From positions 1 through 21,845 of the forward strand of contig JAQBGU010000035.1 of NCBI GenBank assembly GCA_032128375.1: a stretch of DNA of 21,845 bases, written 5' to 3'. Source of the stretch: Deltaproteobacteria bacterium. GTDB lineage: Bacteria > Myxococcota_A > UBA9160 > SMWR01. Made by a program: the position numbers and the translations under genes. A model generated the notes under the pieces. The model saw only the letters and a program-made list of their open reading frames with translations. It was not told the DNA's origin and made no database searches. Below are positions 7,681-17,152 of the stretch, one piece after another; the first letter of the stretch is position 1, and every line of letters starts with the position of its first letter.

Positions 7681-7719
7681 GAGAAGGGAAAGGAAAAGAA
7701 AAAAGGGAAAAGGAGAAGA
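7681..7719 (+). repeat. 39-nt pure polypurine tract that includes the amidohydrolase RBS
   Basis: GAGAAGGGAAAGGAAAAGAAAAAAGGGAAAAGGAGAAGA contains no pyrimidines and ends 2 nt before ATG 7722. Confidence 0.85.
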
Positions 7720-7721
7720 CG

Positions 7722-9452
7722 ATGGACGATCTGATCATCCGCGGCGGTACACTGGTCGACGGCACCGGGGCGAAACCCTTCAGCGGGGATATTGCAATCA
7801 CCGACGGTGTCATCACGGCGGTCGGCGGCAAGCTCGGCCAGGCGACACGCGAAATAGACGCCTCGGGCTTGGTCGTGACACCCGGCTTCGTCGACATCCA
7901 CACCCACTACGACGGTCAGGTGACCTGGGACCCGTACCTGACGCCCACCAGCTGGCACGGCGTGACGACACTCGTGATGGGCAATTGCGGCGTTGGTTTC
8001 GCGCCGGCGCGGGCCGATTCACACGACTGGCTGATCGGATTGATGGAGGGCGTCGAGGACATCCCCGGAACAGCACTTGCCGAGGGCATCCGCTGGGAGT
8101 GGGAAAGCTTCCCGGAATACCTCGATGCGTTGGATCGCGGCGAACGCGTGCTCGATTTCGGCTGCCAGGTTCCGCATGGCGCAGTGCGCGCGTATGTGAT
8201 GGGTGAGCGCGGCGCGAAGAACGAGCCCGCCAACGCCGAAGAGATCGCGCAGATGTCGCAGCTCGTGCGCGAAGGGATCGAGGCCGGCGCACTCGGGTTC
8301 TCGACCTCTCGGACGATCGTGCATCGCGCGATCGACGGCGAACCGGTACCCGGCACATTTGCCGCCGAAGATGAATTGATGGGCATCGCCAAAGCCTTGG
8401 GCGATCTGGGCAAGGGCGTATTCGAGCTGGCTCCGGCAGGGGCAGCCGGCGAAGACCTCGCAGCACCGGAAAAAGAAATCGTCTGGATGTGCAAGCTCTC
8501 GGCTGCCACCGGCCGGCCCGTCAGCTTCGCGCTGATACAACATGACAACGATCCCAAGCAGTATCGACGCATGCTCGATCTGTGTGAGCAGGCGGTTGCC
8601 GATGGCGCGAACCTGGTGCCGCAGGTCGCAGGCCGTCCCACCAGCATGTTGATGGGCTGGCAGTGCACCGCTCACCCGTTCATCGAGAACCCCAGCTACT
8701 TGGAAATCGCCGACCTGCCGTTCGAGCAGCGACTCACACGTCTACGCGACCCGGATGTCCGGCGTCGCATGGTCAGCGAAGAAGTCCATTTCTCGCAACC
8801 GATCGTTGGCTTTCTGGCTTCGAGCTTCCACAAGCTCTACTCGCTCGGCGACCCGCCGGAATACGAGCCGACCCGGGACCGAAGTGTTGCGGCCATCGCC
8901 GAGCGTGATCGCCGCAACCCGAAGGAAGTTGCGTACGACATGATGATGGCGCGCGACGGCAAGGAGCTCTTGTACTTCCCGATGTTCAACTACTCGGACG
9001 GCAACCTGGACACGACGCGCGAGATGCTGCTGCACCCGCGGGCAGCGCTCGGGCTTTCCGACGGGGGTGCCCACTGCGGGGTGATCTGCGACGCGAGCAC
9101 CCCCACCTACATGCTCACCCACTGGACGCGCGATCGTACCCGCGGCGAGAAGCTCCCGCTGGAATGGGTCGTCAAGCGCCAGACGCGCGACACCGCCGAG
9201 CTATACGGTCTTTACGATCGGGGGGTACTCGCACCCGGAATGAAGGCGGACATGAACCTGATCGAGCTTGCGAACCTACAGCTGGCGCCGCCCGAAATGC
9301 TCTTCGACCTTCCGGCTGGCGGACGCCGCTTGGTGCAACGTGCCAGCGGCTATAAGGCGACACTCGTATCCGGAGCCGTCACGTACGAAGACGCGCAACC
9401 CACCGGCGAGCTGCCCGGCCGGTTGATTCGGGGTGAACAGCATCCCGCCTAG
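7722..9452 (+). CDS. Amidohydrolase, N-acyl-D-amino-acid deacylase family (576 aa)
   Basis: DLIIRGGTLVDGTG, PGFVDIHTHYD, GVTTLVMGNCG, SDGGAH and RGVLAPGMKAD. Start set at ATG 7722 after AGGAG. Confidence 0.92.
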   Translation: MDDLIIRGGTLVDGTGAKPFSGDIAITDGVITAVGGKLGQATREIDASGLVVTPGFVDIHTHYDGQVTWDPYLTPTSWHGVTTLVMGNCGVGFAPARADSHDWLIGLMEGVEDIPGTALAEGIRWEWESFPEYLDALDRGERVLDFGCQVPHGAVRAYVMGERGAKNEPANAEEIAQMSQLVREGIEAGALGFSTSRTIVHRAIDGEPVPGTFAAEDELMGIAKALGDLGKGVFELAPAGAAGEDLAAPEKEIVWMCKLSAATGRPVSFALIQHDNDPKQYRRMLDLCEQAVADGANLVPQVAGRPTSMLMGWQCTAHPFIENPSYLEIADLPFEQRLTRLRDPDVRRRMVSEEVHFSQPIVGFLASSFHKLYSLGDPPEYEPTRDRSVAAIAERDRRNPKEVAYDMMMARDGKELLYFPMFNYSDGNLDTTREMLLHPRAALGLSDGGAHCGVICDASTPTYMLTHWTRDRTRGEKLPLEWVVKRQTRDTAELYGLYDRGVLAPGMKADMNLIELANLQLAPPEMLFDLPAGGRRLVQRASGYKATLVSGAVTYEDAQPTGELPGRLIRGEQHPA

Positions 9453-9496
9453 CTCATGAAAGTGCGTAACCAGGTCGCTACCCGAGTGTCTGCGCA

Positions 9497-9565
9497 GCCA
9501 GTCCCCACAGCTGCGCCTCGCTGAGGCGACCGCACCCCGAGCTTCGGGGTAGCGCGGGAACTGGC
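9497..9565. other. Structured intergenic element: closing stem enclosing two hairpins with identical GCT loops
   Basis: GCCAGT(9497-9502)/ACTGGC(9560-9565) encloses CGCCTC-GCT-GAGGCG (9514-9528) and ACCCCGA-GCT-TCGGGGT (9534-9550). Confidence 0.5.
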
Positions 9566-9653
9566 GAGAGGCGATTTCGCGGAGCAGGGGATCGGCTGCC
9601 AAAACCGGGTTTTGCGAGTCAAGTCGGGGAGTTGATCCACCGATCCTGCATGA

Positions 9654-11258
9654 ATGGGATACCCGGTTGTTGAGACCAGAAGCGCCGACTCGGTCTCGCA
9701 GACCCTGCAGCTACTGATTCGGGCCCTGCACACGCTGCGCTCCTACCCGGCCGAGAACGACATGTGTAGGCGGGCGGTCTCCCAGCTTCTCCCGATGCTG
9801 GAGCAGGTCGTTCCACTCGAAATCGAATTATCGCGTGAGGGTGTTCGCTGGTTGGGCGGGGGAGAGCAAGGGCACTTCGGGGACCGTTCTTCCATCATGG
9901 AAGCGCTGTACCGGGATGGCATTCGGCGCGTCCAACTACTCCGCGGTATCTCGGCCGACGAGGTTCGCAGTTTTCTCACGACGCTTGCAGCCCCGATGGA
10001 ACCCGACGACGTGAGCGAAGACTACGTGACCCGGCTATGGGAGGCCGAGTTCCGCAATATCCGAATCCAGGCGGTGGACCCCTACCTCGATCTGGATCTC
10101 GCCGACGACGTTCTCGAAGGCAAGACGCGCCCGGACGTCGAACAGCAGGATCTGGGATCACGAGAAGAGCTGAAAATCCCTCCGCCGCCGGCCGGGGCCT
10201 TCGAGGTCTCGCAAGCATCCAGAGCCGAAATCGACCAACGCATTGTGAAACTCGAGTCGAGTGCGCGATGGGGACGCTACGTGTCCGCGCTGCTCGACTC
10301 CTTCTCGCTGCCAGTCGGGGATCGCAGGTTCGACGAACTCATCCTCCTGCTCGAATCGACATTTTCCCTGCTGCTCCGCCATAGCAAGTTCGAGCTCGCC
10401 ACACATGTCATCCACTGGATCCAGCAAAGATCCGGCGAGGACACGTTGGATCCCTGGCGGGCTGCACTGGTTCGGATGGCACACGCGGATCGACTCTCGT
10501 CGTTCCACGAGCAGATCGAATCGGGCGGTTTCGATCCCGAGTTGGTCCAGCCGATGATCCTCGCCCTTGGCAGCCCGGCCGCCGATCCCATCTGCACGCT
10601 TTTATCAAGGACGAACTCAGCCTCGGCGATCCGCTTCTACTCCGACGTATTGGTCCAACTCGGTCCTCAGGCGGTACCCCGCGTCTTGACGGCGCTCGAC
10701 GGCGCCGCGCCCGACTTGCGGTCCACTCTGATCCGGGTTCTGGGTCTGATGAAGGCCGAAGCCGCGGTTCCATCGCTGCTTCGGGCACTCGTCGCCGCCG
10801 ACGGGTCGGTGCGTCGCGAGACGGTCCGCGCGCTGGCGATGATCGGCGGACACTCCGCGCTCAGAGCGCTCCTGCCCGTTGCGCTCCACGATCGCGATAG
10901 CTCGTGCCGCGTTTTGGCACTTCGCGCGCTCGGTCGCGGTGGTACACGCCTGGACTCTCGCGAGCTGATCGAGCGGATCGGGGAGCGACAATTTTCGCGT
11001 GGTAGCAGCGAAGAAAAGGAACTCGTGTTCGCCGCTGTGGGTGCGACGGGGAGCGACGACTCGCTCCCCGTCCTCGAGCGCGTGCTGAAAGGGGGCTGGA
11101 TCCCCGGTAGCACTGATGAGGCCGACCAGCGACGCGCAGCCAGCGCGCTTCGGAACCTGTCGACGGACGCCGCCACGCGGATCCTTTTGCGGTACGCCCG
11201 TGGCCGGCGACGCCGTGCGGCCATATGCCGCGAAGCGCTTGGCGAGGAGCCGTCGTGA
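9654..11258 (+). CDS. HEAT-repeat (PBS lyase-like) protein with an uncharacterised N-terminal domain (534 aa)
   Basis: C-terminal helical repeats such as LRSTLIRVLG..AVPSLLRAL..DGSVRRETVRALAMIG and DRDSSCRVLALRALG. Start codon is uncertain. Confidence 0.8.
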   Translation: MGYPVVETRSADSVSQTLQLLIRALHTLRSYPAENDMCRRAVSQLLPMLEQVVPLEIELSREGVRWLGGGEQGHFGDRSSIMEALYRDGIRRVQLLRGISADEVRSFLTTLAAPMEPDDVSEDYVTRLWEAEFRNIRIQAVDPYLDLDLADDVLEGKTRPDVEQQDLGSREELKIPPPPAGAFEVSQASRAEIDQRIVKLESSARWGRYVSALLDSFSLPVGDRRFDELILLLESTFSLLLRHSKFELATHVIHWIQQRSGEDTLDPWRAALVRMAHADRLSSFHEQIESGGFDPELVQPMILALGSPAADPICTLLSRTNSASAIRFYSDVLVQLGPQAVPRVLTALDGAAPDLRSTLIRVLGLMKAEAAVPSLLRALVAADGSVRRETVRALAMIGGHSALRALLPVALHDRDSSCRVLALRALGRGGTRLDSRELIERIGERQFSRGSSEEKELVFAAVGATGSDDSLPVLERVLKGGWIPGSTDEADQRRAASALRNLSTDAATRILLRYARGRRRRAAICREALGEEPS

Positions 11259-12676
11259 GGGAGGATTCGCGAAGACGCGACTCACACCGACTCGAGCTGG
11301 GCCGAGACCTGATTGTCCGCTTTGCGGCACTTCTCAAAGCGGTCGGCATCTACGAAGCCGAAAACGATGCGCTCGCAGCGGTGTGCCAGAAGATCCGAGC
11401 CACGGTGTCCGAGCTTCTCGACGGCGGTGTTGACCTCGAATTGGCGGTGCGGCAGGACTCGATCTACGTCGGTGGGCAACGGATTCGCGAGAGCCTTGTC
11501 GCATCCTCGAGCTATCAGCGCGTCGCCGACATCCTGCGCGCGGCCCGTGTCGGCGCATTTCAGATCGATGAAACGGTACCGGAGCGCGACCTTCAGTTAT
11601 TCGCGAAGCTCATCATGGAGGTCGTACGCGGTGCACGGGAACCTGGTGACCTCATCTCTGAGCTGAAGATCCGAGGGGCAACGGGAATCGAGATCACTCC
11701 GGCGGAGGAAGCCGACCAGCCCGCCCGGATCGACTCGCAAGAGATCGCTCGGCGGATCTACCTGCGATCGATCGGTGTCGTGAAGGGAGTCTTCCACGAG
11801 CTCACGTCGACCAACCGGGTCAGCGCTCGCCGAGTCAAGCGCGCCGTCCAGGAAATGATCGAGTCGATCGACTGCGACCCGGACTACCTGATGAACCTCA
11901 GCACACTCAAGAACTACGACGAATACACGTTCAATCACTCCGTCAACGTGAGCATTCTGGCGATAGCGATGGGCCGTCACATCGGTCTTTCGCGCCGCCA
12001 TCTCTATGTGCTCGGCCAGGCCGGAATGCTGCACGACCTGGGAAAGCTCTGTATCCCCAAGGAGATTCTCAACAAACCCGGACGCCTGCTCCCCGAAGAG
12101 AGAGCCATCGTCGGGTGCCATCCGGTCGACGGGTTCATCTCGATCTCGAGTCAGCTCGGTGTCAGCCCCGACAATATGGAGGTCGCCTTGGCGGCCTTTG
12201 AGCATCATCTGAACGAAGACGGCACCGGCTACCCCCAATTGGGGACACGCCACGAGAAGGGTCTGCTGAGTCAGATCGTGTCGATCGTTGACCGATACGA
12301 CGCGATGACGAGCGCCCGGGTCTACCGCGACGAGCCATTTTCGCCGCCTAAGGCGCTGGCCATCCTGTTTCATACGAAGCTCACACACCACGACCCAGTC
12401 CTCCTGCGCTACTTCATGAATCTGATGGGCTACTACCCGCTGGGAACCGTGACTCATCTCACAGATGGTTCCGTCGCCGTCGTCGTCAGTGCCGCGAGAG
12501 AGCCCGACCTGCGCCACATGCCGACGGTCAGACTGATTCTCGACGCCGACGGATCTCCCGCCACGGACCTCACGGTTGACCTCGCGTCGACGGCGAAGGA
12601 ATCCGAGCCGCTCCAGATCGCGGGTGTTCTTGACGGTGCGGACTACGGCATCGAACCGATGGACTATTTCCTGTGA
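11255..12676 (+). CDS. HD-GYP domain cyclic dinucleotide phosphodiesterase (473 aa)
   Basis: YTFNHSVNV, LHDLGK, ILNKPGRL, HP, EHHLNEDGTGYP and DRYDAMTSARVYR. GTG 11255 follows a GAGGAG RBS and overlaps the upstream stop as GTGA. Confidence 0.92.
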   Translation: MREDSRRRDSHRLELGRDLIVRFAALLKAVGIYEAENDALAAVCQKIRATVSELLDGGVDLELAVRQDSIYVGGQRIRESLVASSSYQRVADILRAARVGAFQIDETVPERDLQLFAKLIMEVVRGAREPGDLISELKIRGATGIEITPAEEADQPARIDSQEIARRIYLRSIGVVKGVFHELTSTNRVSARRVKRAVQEMIESIDCDPDYLMNLSTLKNYDEYTFNHSVNVSILAIAMGRHIGLSRRHLYVLGQAGMLHDLGKLCIPKEILNKPGRLLPEERAIVGCHPVDGFISISSQLGVSPDNMEVALAAFEHHLNEDGTGYPQLGTRHEKGLLSQIVSIVDRYDAMTSARVYRDEPFSPPKALAILFHTKLTHHDPVLLRYFMNLMGYYPLGTVTHLTDGSVAVVVSAAREPDLRHMPTVRLILDADGSPATDLTVDLASTAKESEPLQIAGVLDGADYGIEPMDYFL

Positions 12677-13986
12677 TTCCCGTCCTCACGCCGCAGCTGG
12701 TTCTCGGTGTGCTTGTGCCGATTCTGATCGGGATGTTCATTGTCTACTTCAAGCTCGTACCCCCCAGGAACCGGCGGATCGATGGTCTGGTCCGCTTGAC
12801 AGCGGAACTCCGCGAGAGGCTGGTTCAGCTCAGGCGCGACGCCGACGAGGCGAGAGAACTCTTTGGCCAAGAGAAAAGAACCGCCGAGGCGCTTCGACGC
12901 ACGATTGTATACATCCCGGAGATCGCCCAACGGCTGGCTGGCAACCTCGAAGTGAGACAGATACCCAGCGCGACTCTCGATCTCGTGGACGAGATTCTCG
13001 ATCCGGAGTACGCGCTGTTTTATCGGGTCAGCCAAGGTCAGGTCGTGGCCGTCGAATGTCGAGGTGTCTGCGAGTACGCCGTAGGACACCGTCTCGACCT
13101 CGGTTCCGGGTTGGTGGGCTGGACCGCGGAGCGCCAGATGGCGTTCACCGAGGAAGACGCCGAGCGTGAAAGCGGGCTCGTCCGGTCGCAGCATCTGTCC
13201 CAATGCTATCCGGCCAACGGCTTTGCCATCTGCGTACCCCTCGTCATTCGAGACACTACCCTCGGCGTCATCATGGTGGGTCCGCTGCGCCGCCCTCAGC
13301 CGCAGCTGCGAGAGCTCACGAACACAATCGCGCTGATCGCCTCCGTAAGCATCGAGAGCGCGTCGATGTTCAAGAAACAGCAGATGCTTGCGAACTTCGA
13401 CGGTTTGACCGGAATTCTCAACAAGACGAATATCCTGCAACACGCGAGGGCGTTCGTCGCCAGGCCCGACGGAGGGCGCGCAAGAGGCACACTCTCCCTG
13501 TTCATGATGGATATCGATCACTTCAAGCAGTTCAACGACAACAAGGGCCATTTGTGTGGCGACGAGCTGCTCAAGGACATGAGCAAGCTGCTCGACAAAC
13601 ACCTGCGCGAGGGCGAAAGCGTTGGCCGCTTCGGCGGCGAGGAGTTTCTCTTCCTGATGCCCGGCACCTCGAAGAGCGAGGCGCTCAAGGCGGCGGATCG
13701 GTTTCGCTCCCTCGTCGAGAAATGTGAATTCTCAGGCGGCCACGGCCAGCCGGCGGCCAGGGTCACAATCAGCGGAGGTGTCGCAACCTGGCCAATCGAC
13801 GGCGAGGACATCGAGACCGTGCTGAACAGGGCCGATGAAGCCCTGTACGTTGCCAAGCGATCGGGACGCAACCGCGTCACCGCGTACCTGCCGCCGATGC
13901 TCGGTTCGAACTCCGATGCGGACGTCTTCGACTCCCACACTCCCCTCGACGAGACGGGCAAGCCCGCGGCCGAACTCGACGACTGA
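12673..13986 (+). CDS. Membrane-anchored GAF-GGDEF diguanylate cyclase (437 aa)
   Basis: N-terminal hydrophobic helix and coiled coil; GAF features GSGLVGWTA and ICVPLV..LGVI; DGLTG, DIDHFKQFND..GHLCGD and RFGGEEF. GTGA overlap with the HD-GYP stop. Confidence 0.93.
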   Translation: MIPVLTPQLVLGVLVPILIGMFIVYFKLVPPRNRRIDGLVRLTAELRERLVQLRRDADEARELFGQEKRTAEALRRTIVYIPEIAQRLAGNLEVRQIPSATLDLVDEILDPEYALFYRVSQGQVVAVECRGVCEYAVGHRLDLGSGLVGWTAERQMAFTEEDAERESGLVRSQHLSQCYPANGFAICVPLVIRDTTLGVIMVGPLRRPQPQLRELTNTIALIASVSIESASMFKKQQMLANFDGLTGILNKTNILQHARAFVARPDGGRARGTLSLFMMDIDHFKQFNDNKGHLCGDELLKDMSKLLDKHLREGESVGRFGGEEFLFLMPGTSKSEALKAADRFRSLVEKCEFSGGHGQPAARVTISGGVATWPIDGEDIETVLNRADEALYVAKRSGRNRVTAYLPPMLGSNSDADVFDSHTPLDETGKPAAELDD

Positions 13987-14103
13987 GGCTGATCGAGGTC
14001 AGGCTGACTGTGCCTATGCGTGCAGCCGGCAATGGCGGCGGGCTAGAAGTCTGCGCGGTAGAGCGCCACCTCTAGCGTGCAACCGACGACGGAGAAATTC
14101 GCC

Positions 14104-14466
14104 CTAGCGCGCAAGCGCGCGCCGGACAACATCGCGCACTTCCTGGTTGTCGAACGGTTTCGGAACGTAGTCGCGGACACCCGCCGCCTCGGCTTCGCTG
14201 GCGATGGCGTCGGACCCATAGGCGGTGATCAGGATCACCGGGATCGGTGGATCGGCTTCTCGCGCGCGTCGCGCGACATCGAGGCCGCTCACCCCATCAG
14301 CCAGCGAGAGATCCGTCAGAACCAAATCCCAGCCCTCGCCTTCTAGCGCCTCGAGCGCTTCTTTGCCGGTGCTCGCGACGCGCACCTCGTAACCGTCGCG
14401 TCTAAGCAGCCCGCGCATCGCGAGTTGGATCCCCGGTTCATCCTCGACGAGCAAGATCTGCGTCAC
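14104..14466 (-). CDS. Single-domain response regulator (receiver, about 120 aa)
   Basis: ILLVEDE, DLVLTD (phospho-acceptor Asp), ITAY and KPF. GTG 14466 chosen as start; GTG 14478 is possible. Confidence 0.88.
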   Translation of the reverse strand: MTQILLVEDEPGIQLAMRGLLRRDGYEVRVASTGKEALEALEGEGWDLVLTDLSLADGVSGLDVARRAREADPPIPVILITAYGSDAIASEAEAAGVRDYVPKPFDNQEVRDVVRRALAR

Positions 14467-14467
14467 A

Positions 14468-14938
14468 TCAGCGCTCACTTCGCGGCCCTTCTCCATCGCG
14501 CCCGAGGCGTCCACCATCACCGAGGTGCCCTCGGCCAGGGACGTGATTCACTTCGACGCGGATCCCATCGGGATCCTCGAACAACACCGAGTAATAGCCC
14601 GGTGCGAAATCTCCCAGCTCGGGCGCGTGAACGATCTTCGCATCGAGTTCGCGGACGACGAAATCGTGGACCGCGTCGACATCTTCGGCGCTGCGTGCGC
14701 GGAAGCAGAAGTGATGCAGTCCCGCGCGATTCTGATCGAAGACAGTCCCACGATGCTCGCCGGTGGCGCCGCGCACGAGAATTCCGGTGCGGCTCCCGAT
14801 GCAGTACACGATTCCATCCCCCTTGATCAGCGTCTTCATCTCCAGGAAATGGCAGAGCTTCTCCCAGAACGGAACGCAGCGGTCGGGGTCGGTGACAGTG
14901 AGTTGGATGTGCGCAATGCCGTTCATTTCAACGGTCAT
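14468..14938 (-). CDS. VOC/glyoxalase family protein (156 aa)
   Basis: GIAHIQLTV, GLHHFCFRA and YSVLFEDPDGIRVEV. GGAGG RBS before ATG 14938. Confidence 0.9.
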   Translation of the reverse strand: MTVEMNGIAHIQLTVTDPDRCVPFWEKLCHFLEMKTLIKGDGIVYCIGSRTGILVRGATGEHRGTVFDQNRAGLHHFCFRARSAEDVDAVHDFVVRELDAKIVHAPELGDFAPGYYSVLFEDPDGIRVEVNHVPGRGHLGDGGRLGRDGEGPRSER

Positions 14939-15070
14939 GAATCCTCCACTGGATCTGCTGTTCTGGATCGCAGGAGTGATTGATTGGATACACTGGGACA
15001 CTAGTACATCCATGACGGCGTGCGGACAGCGTGCGCTCGAAGCCACCGCTCAACCATTGCGAGGTTCACC

Positions 15071-15925
15071 ATGAAAATTGGAGTCCAAACCGGCTTCAGC
15101 GGCGCGACATCTCCCGATCTGATCGCAGATTTCGGTCGGGTCGCAGAGGAGGCTGGGTTTCACTCGCTCTGGGTCCCCGAACATGTGGTGTTCTTTCGCG
15201 AGTACGCGTCGCGATATCCGTATTCGGCCGACGGCAGAATCCCCGGCAATCCCGATGGGGTCATGGAACCGCTTACCGCGCTCACCTTCGTCGCGGCTTG
15301 CACAGAGAGAATTCGACTCGGTACGGGTATCTGCCTGGTCCCGCAGCGCAACCCGATCTATACCGCAAAGCAGGTCGCCGACCTCGACTACCTGTCGAAG
15401 GGGCGGCTCGACTTCGGAATCGGCGTGGGCTGGCTACGCGAAGAGTTCGCCGCGCTCGACGTGCCGTGGGAGCGGCGCGGCGCGCGCACGCGGGAGTGCA
15501 TCGCGGTCATGAAAACGTTGTGGTGCGATGAAGTGTCGAGCTTTCAGGGCGAGTTCTACAACCTCCCGGAGTGCCTGCAAAACCCGAAGCCGGCGCAGAA
15601 GCCGCACCCGCCGCTGATCTTCGGAGGCGAGAGCGACGCCGCTTTGCGCCGCGTCGCCGAACTCGGCCAGGGCTGGTTCGGCTACGACCTGACGCCTGAT
15701 GAACTCGAAACGCACTTGAAGCGACTCGACGCGCTGCTAGCAGGCGCGGGTCGCAGACGATCGGATGTCACGGTTCATGTTGCGCCGCACGGGCACCCCG
15801 ACGCCAGTACCCGTGACCACTTCGAACAGCTCGGTGTCGAACAACTGATCGTGCCGCTGTTTGCGCGCGATTCGAGCTCGCTGCAGAAGCGCGCTGAAGG
15901 CTTGGCGGCGCAGTTGTTGAGGTAG
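15071..15925 (+). CDS. LLM-class, probably F420-dependent oxidoreductase (Rv2161c-like, 284 aa)
   Basis: GFHSLWVPEHVV, SRYPYS.DG, RNPIYTAKQVADLDYLSKGR, GVGWLREEF and GGESDAALRRVA. GAGG RBS before ATG 15071. Confidence 0.9.
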   Translation: MKIGVQTGFSGATSPDLIADFGRVAEEAGFHSLWVPEHVVFFREYASRYPYSADGRIPGNPDGVMEPLTALTFVAACTERIRLGTGICLVPQRNPIYTAKQVADLDYLSKGRLDFGIGVGWLREEFAALDVPWERRGARTRECIAVMKTLWCDEVSSFQGEFYNLPECLQNPKPAQKPHPPLIFGGESDAALRRVAELGQGWFGYDLTPDELETHLKRLDALLAGAGRRRSDVTVHVAPHGHPDASTRDHFEQLGVEQLIVPLFARDSSSLQKRAEGLAAQLLR

Positions 15926-15992
15926 ATCAAGTGATCCGATACTGTGTATACTTCGGCCAGAACTGGCAGACCCTTCGCTGTCCACGCGCCGA

Positions 15993-17030
15993 TCAGGACG
16001 GCTCGGCCGCAGATGCGAAGTGGCGCTGCGTCCGGTTGGCCAGCGCCACCAGCGAGAGCATGACCGGAACTTCGACCAGCACACCCACCACCGTGGCGAG
16101 CGCCGCGCCGCTTTCCAGGCCGAACAGGCTGATCGCGACGGCTACCGCCAGCTCGAAGAAATTCGAAGTTCCTATCAATGCCGCCGGGGCCGCAATCGAG
16201 AAGGGCAGCCGCCACGCCCACGCCCAGCCGTACGCGATCAGGAAAATCCCATAGCTCTGGACGATCAGCGGAGCCGCAATCAGAGCGATCAACAGCGGCT
16301 GTTCGAGGATGCGTTGCCCTTGAAAAGCAAACAGCAGCACGACGGTTGCGAGCAGACCTGATATTGTGTAGGGCTTCAGCTTCGCGCTGAATGAATCAAT
16401 GGGCGGCCGCTCTCCTCCCCGTGCCAACAACATTCGCCGGGTGACGTAACCTGCAGCCAGAGGAACGACCACGTAGAGCACTACCGAGACGAGTAGCGTC
16501 GACCAGGGGACGATCACGTCCGCAACACCGAGCAGGAGCGCCACCAGAGGTGCGAAGGCAAACACCATGATCAGGTCGTTCACAGAGACCTGCACGAGGG
16601 TATATATCGGATCGCCCCGCGCGAGTTGGCTCCAGACGAAGACCATCGCGGTGCAGGGCGCCGCACCGAGCAGGATCATCCCTGCGATGTACTCGCGCGC
16701 GTCGGCCGGGTTCACCCAAGATCGGAAAAACACCTCGAAGAACAGCAGGCCGAGGCCAGCCATCGTGAACGGCTTGATGAGCCAGTTCACGACCAGAGTG
16801 ATCACGAGACCCTTCGGGCGATCGCCGATGTGACGAAGCGACGCCAGGTCGACGTTCACCATCATCGGGTAGATCATCACCCAGATGAGGACGGCGACGA
16901 CGAGGTTGACCCTTGCGACCTCGAGCCCAGCCAACAGGCCAAAGGCACCGGGAAACACTGCACCGAAGGCGATTCCAGCAGCGATGGCGGCCGCCACCCA
17001 CAGCGACAAGTAGCGCTCGAAAATCCCCAT
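15993..17030 (-). CDS. acr3: ACR3-family arsenite efflux transporter (345 aa)
   Basis: [47 protein letters not shown] and [10 protein letters not shown]. Start set at ATG 17030 by family N-terminus. Confidence 0.95.
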   Translation of the reverse strand: MGIFERYLSLWVAAAIAAGIAFGAVFPGAFGLLAGLEVARVNLVVAVLIWVMIYPMMVNVDLASLRHIGDRPKGLVITLVVNWLIKPFTMAGLGLLFFEVFFRSWVNPADAREYIAGMILLGAAPCTAMVFVWSQLARGDPIYTLVQVSVNDLIMVFAFAPLVALLLGVADVIVPWSTLLVSVVLYVVVPLAAGYVTRRMLLARGGERPPIDSFSAKLKPYTISGLLATVVLLFAFQGQRILEQPLLIALIAAPLIVQSYGIFLIAYGWAWAWRLPFSIAAPAALIGTSNFFELAVAVAISLFGLESGAALATVVGVLVEVPVMLSLVALANRTQRHFASAAEPS

Positions 17031-17152
17031 CAACCGGGTACGACCGGCGTGTCTGCCTTGGCGGTGAACTGCGTGCTGGGTTTCGCTTCGGCTCTCAAGG
17101 TGCACCCCCTCTCCGATCTGCGGCATTTGCGCTCAGTCGGCGAGGTTTCCTG

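Noticed and set aside
6945..7958. 337-aa minus-strand ORF, and similar long antisense ORFs at 11597-12517, 12664-13602 and 17170-18099
   Set aside because: They lie opposite well-supported genes, have no recognisable motifs, and are typical shadow ORFs of GC-rich DNA.
9619..9646. Sigma28-like promoter TCAAG-N15-ACCGAT upstream of the HEAT gene
   Set aside because: The spacer is one base longer than TCAAG-N14-GCCGATA and the -10 is imperfect. Plausible but unsupported.
13500..13650. Hypr-type GGDEF making 3',3'-cGAMP
   Set aside because: The specificity position is Asp (GHLCGD), as in ordinary diguanylate cyclases, not Ser/Thr.
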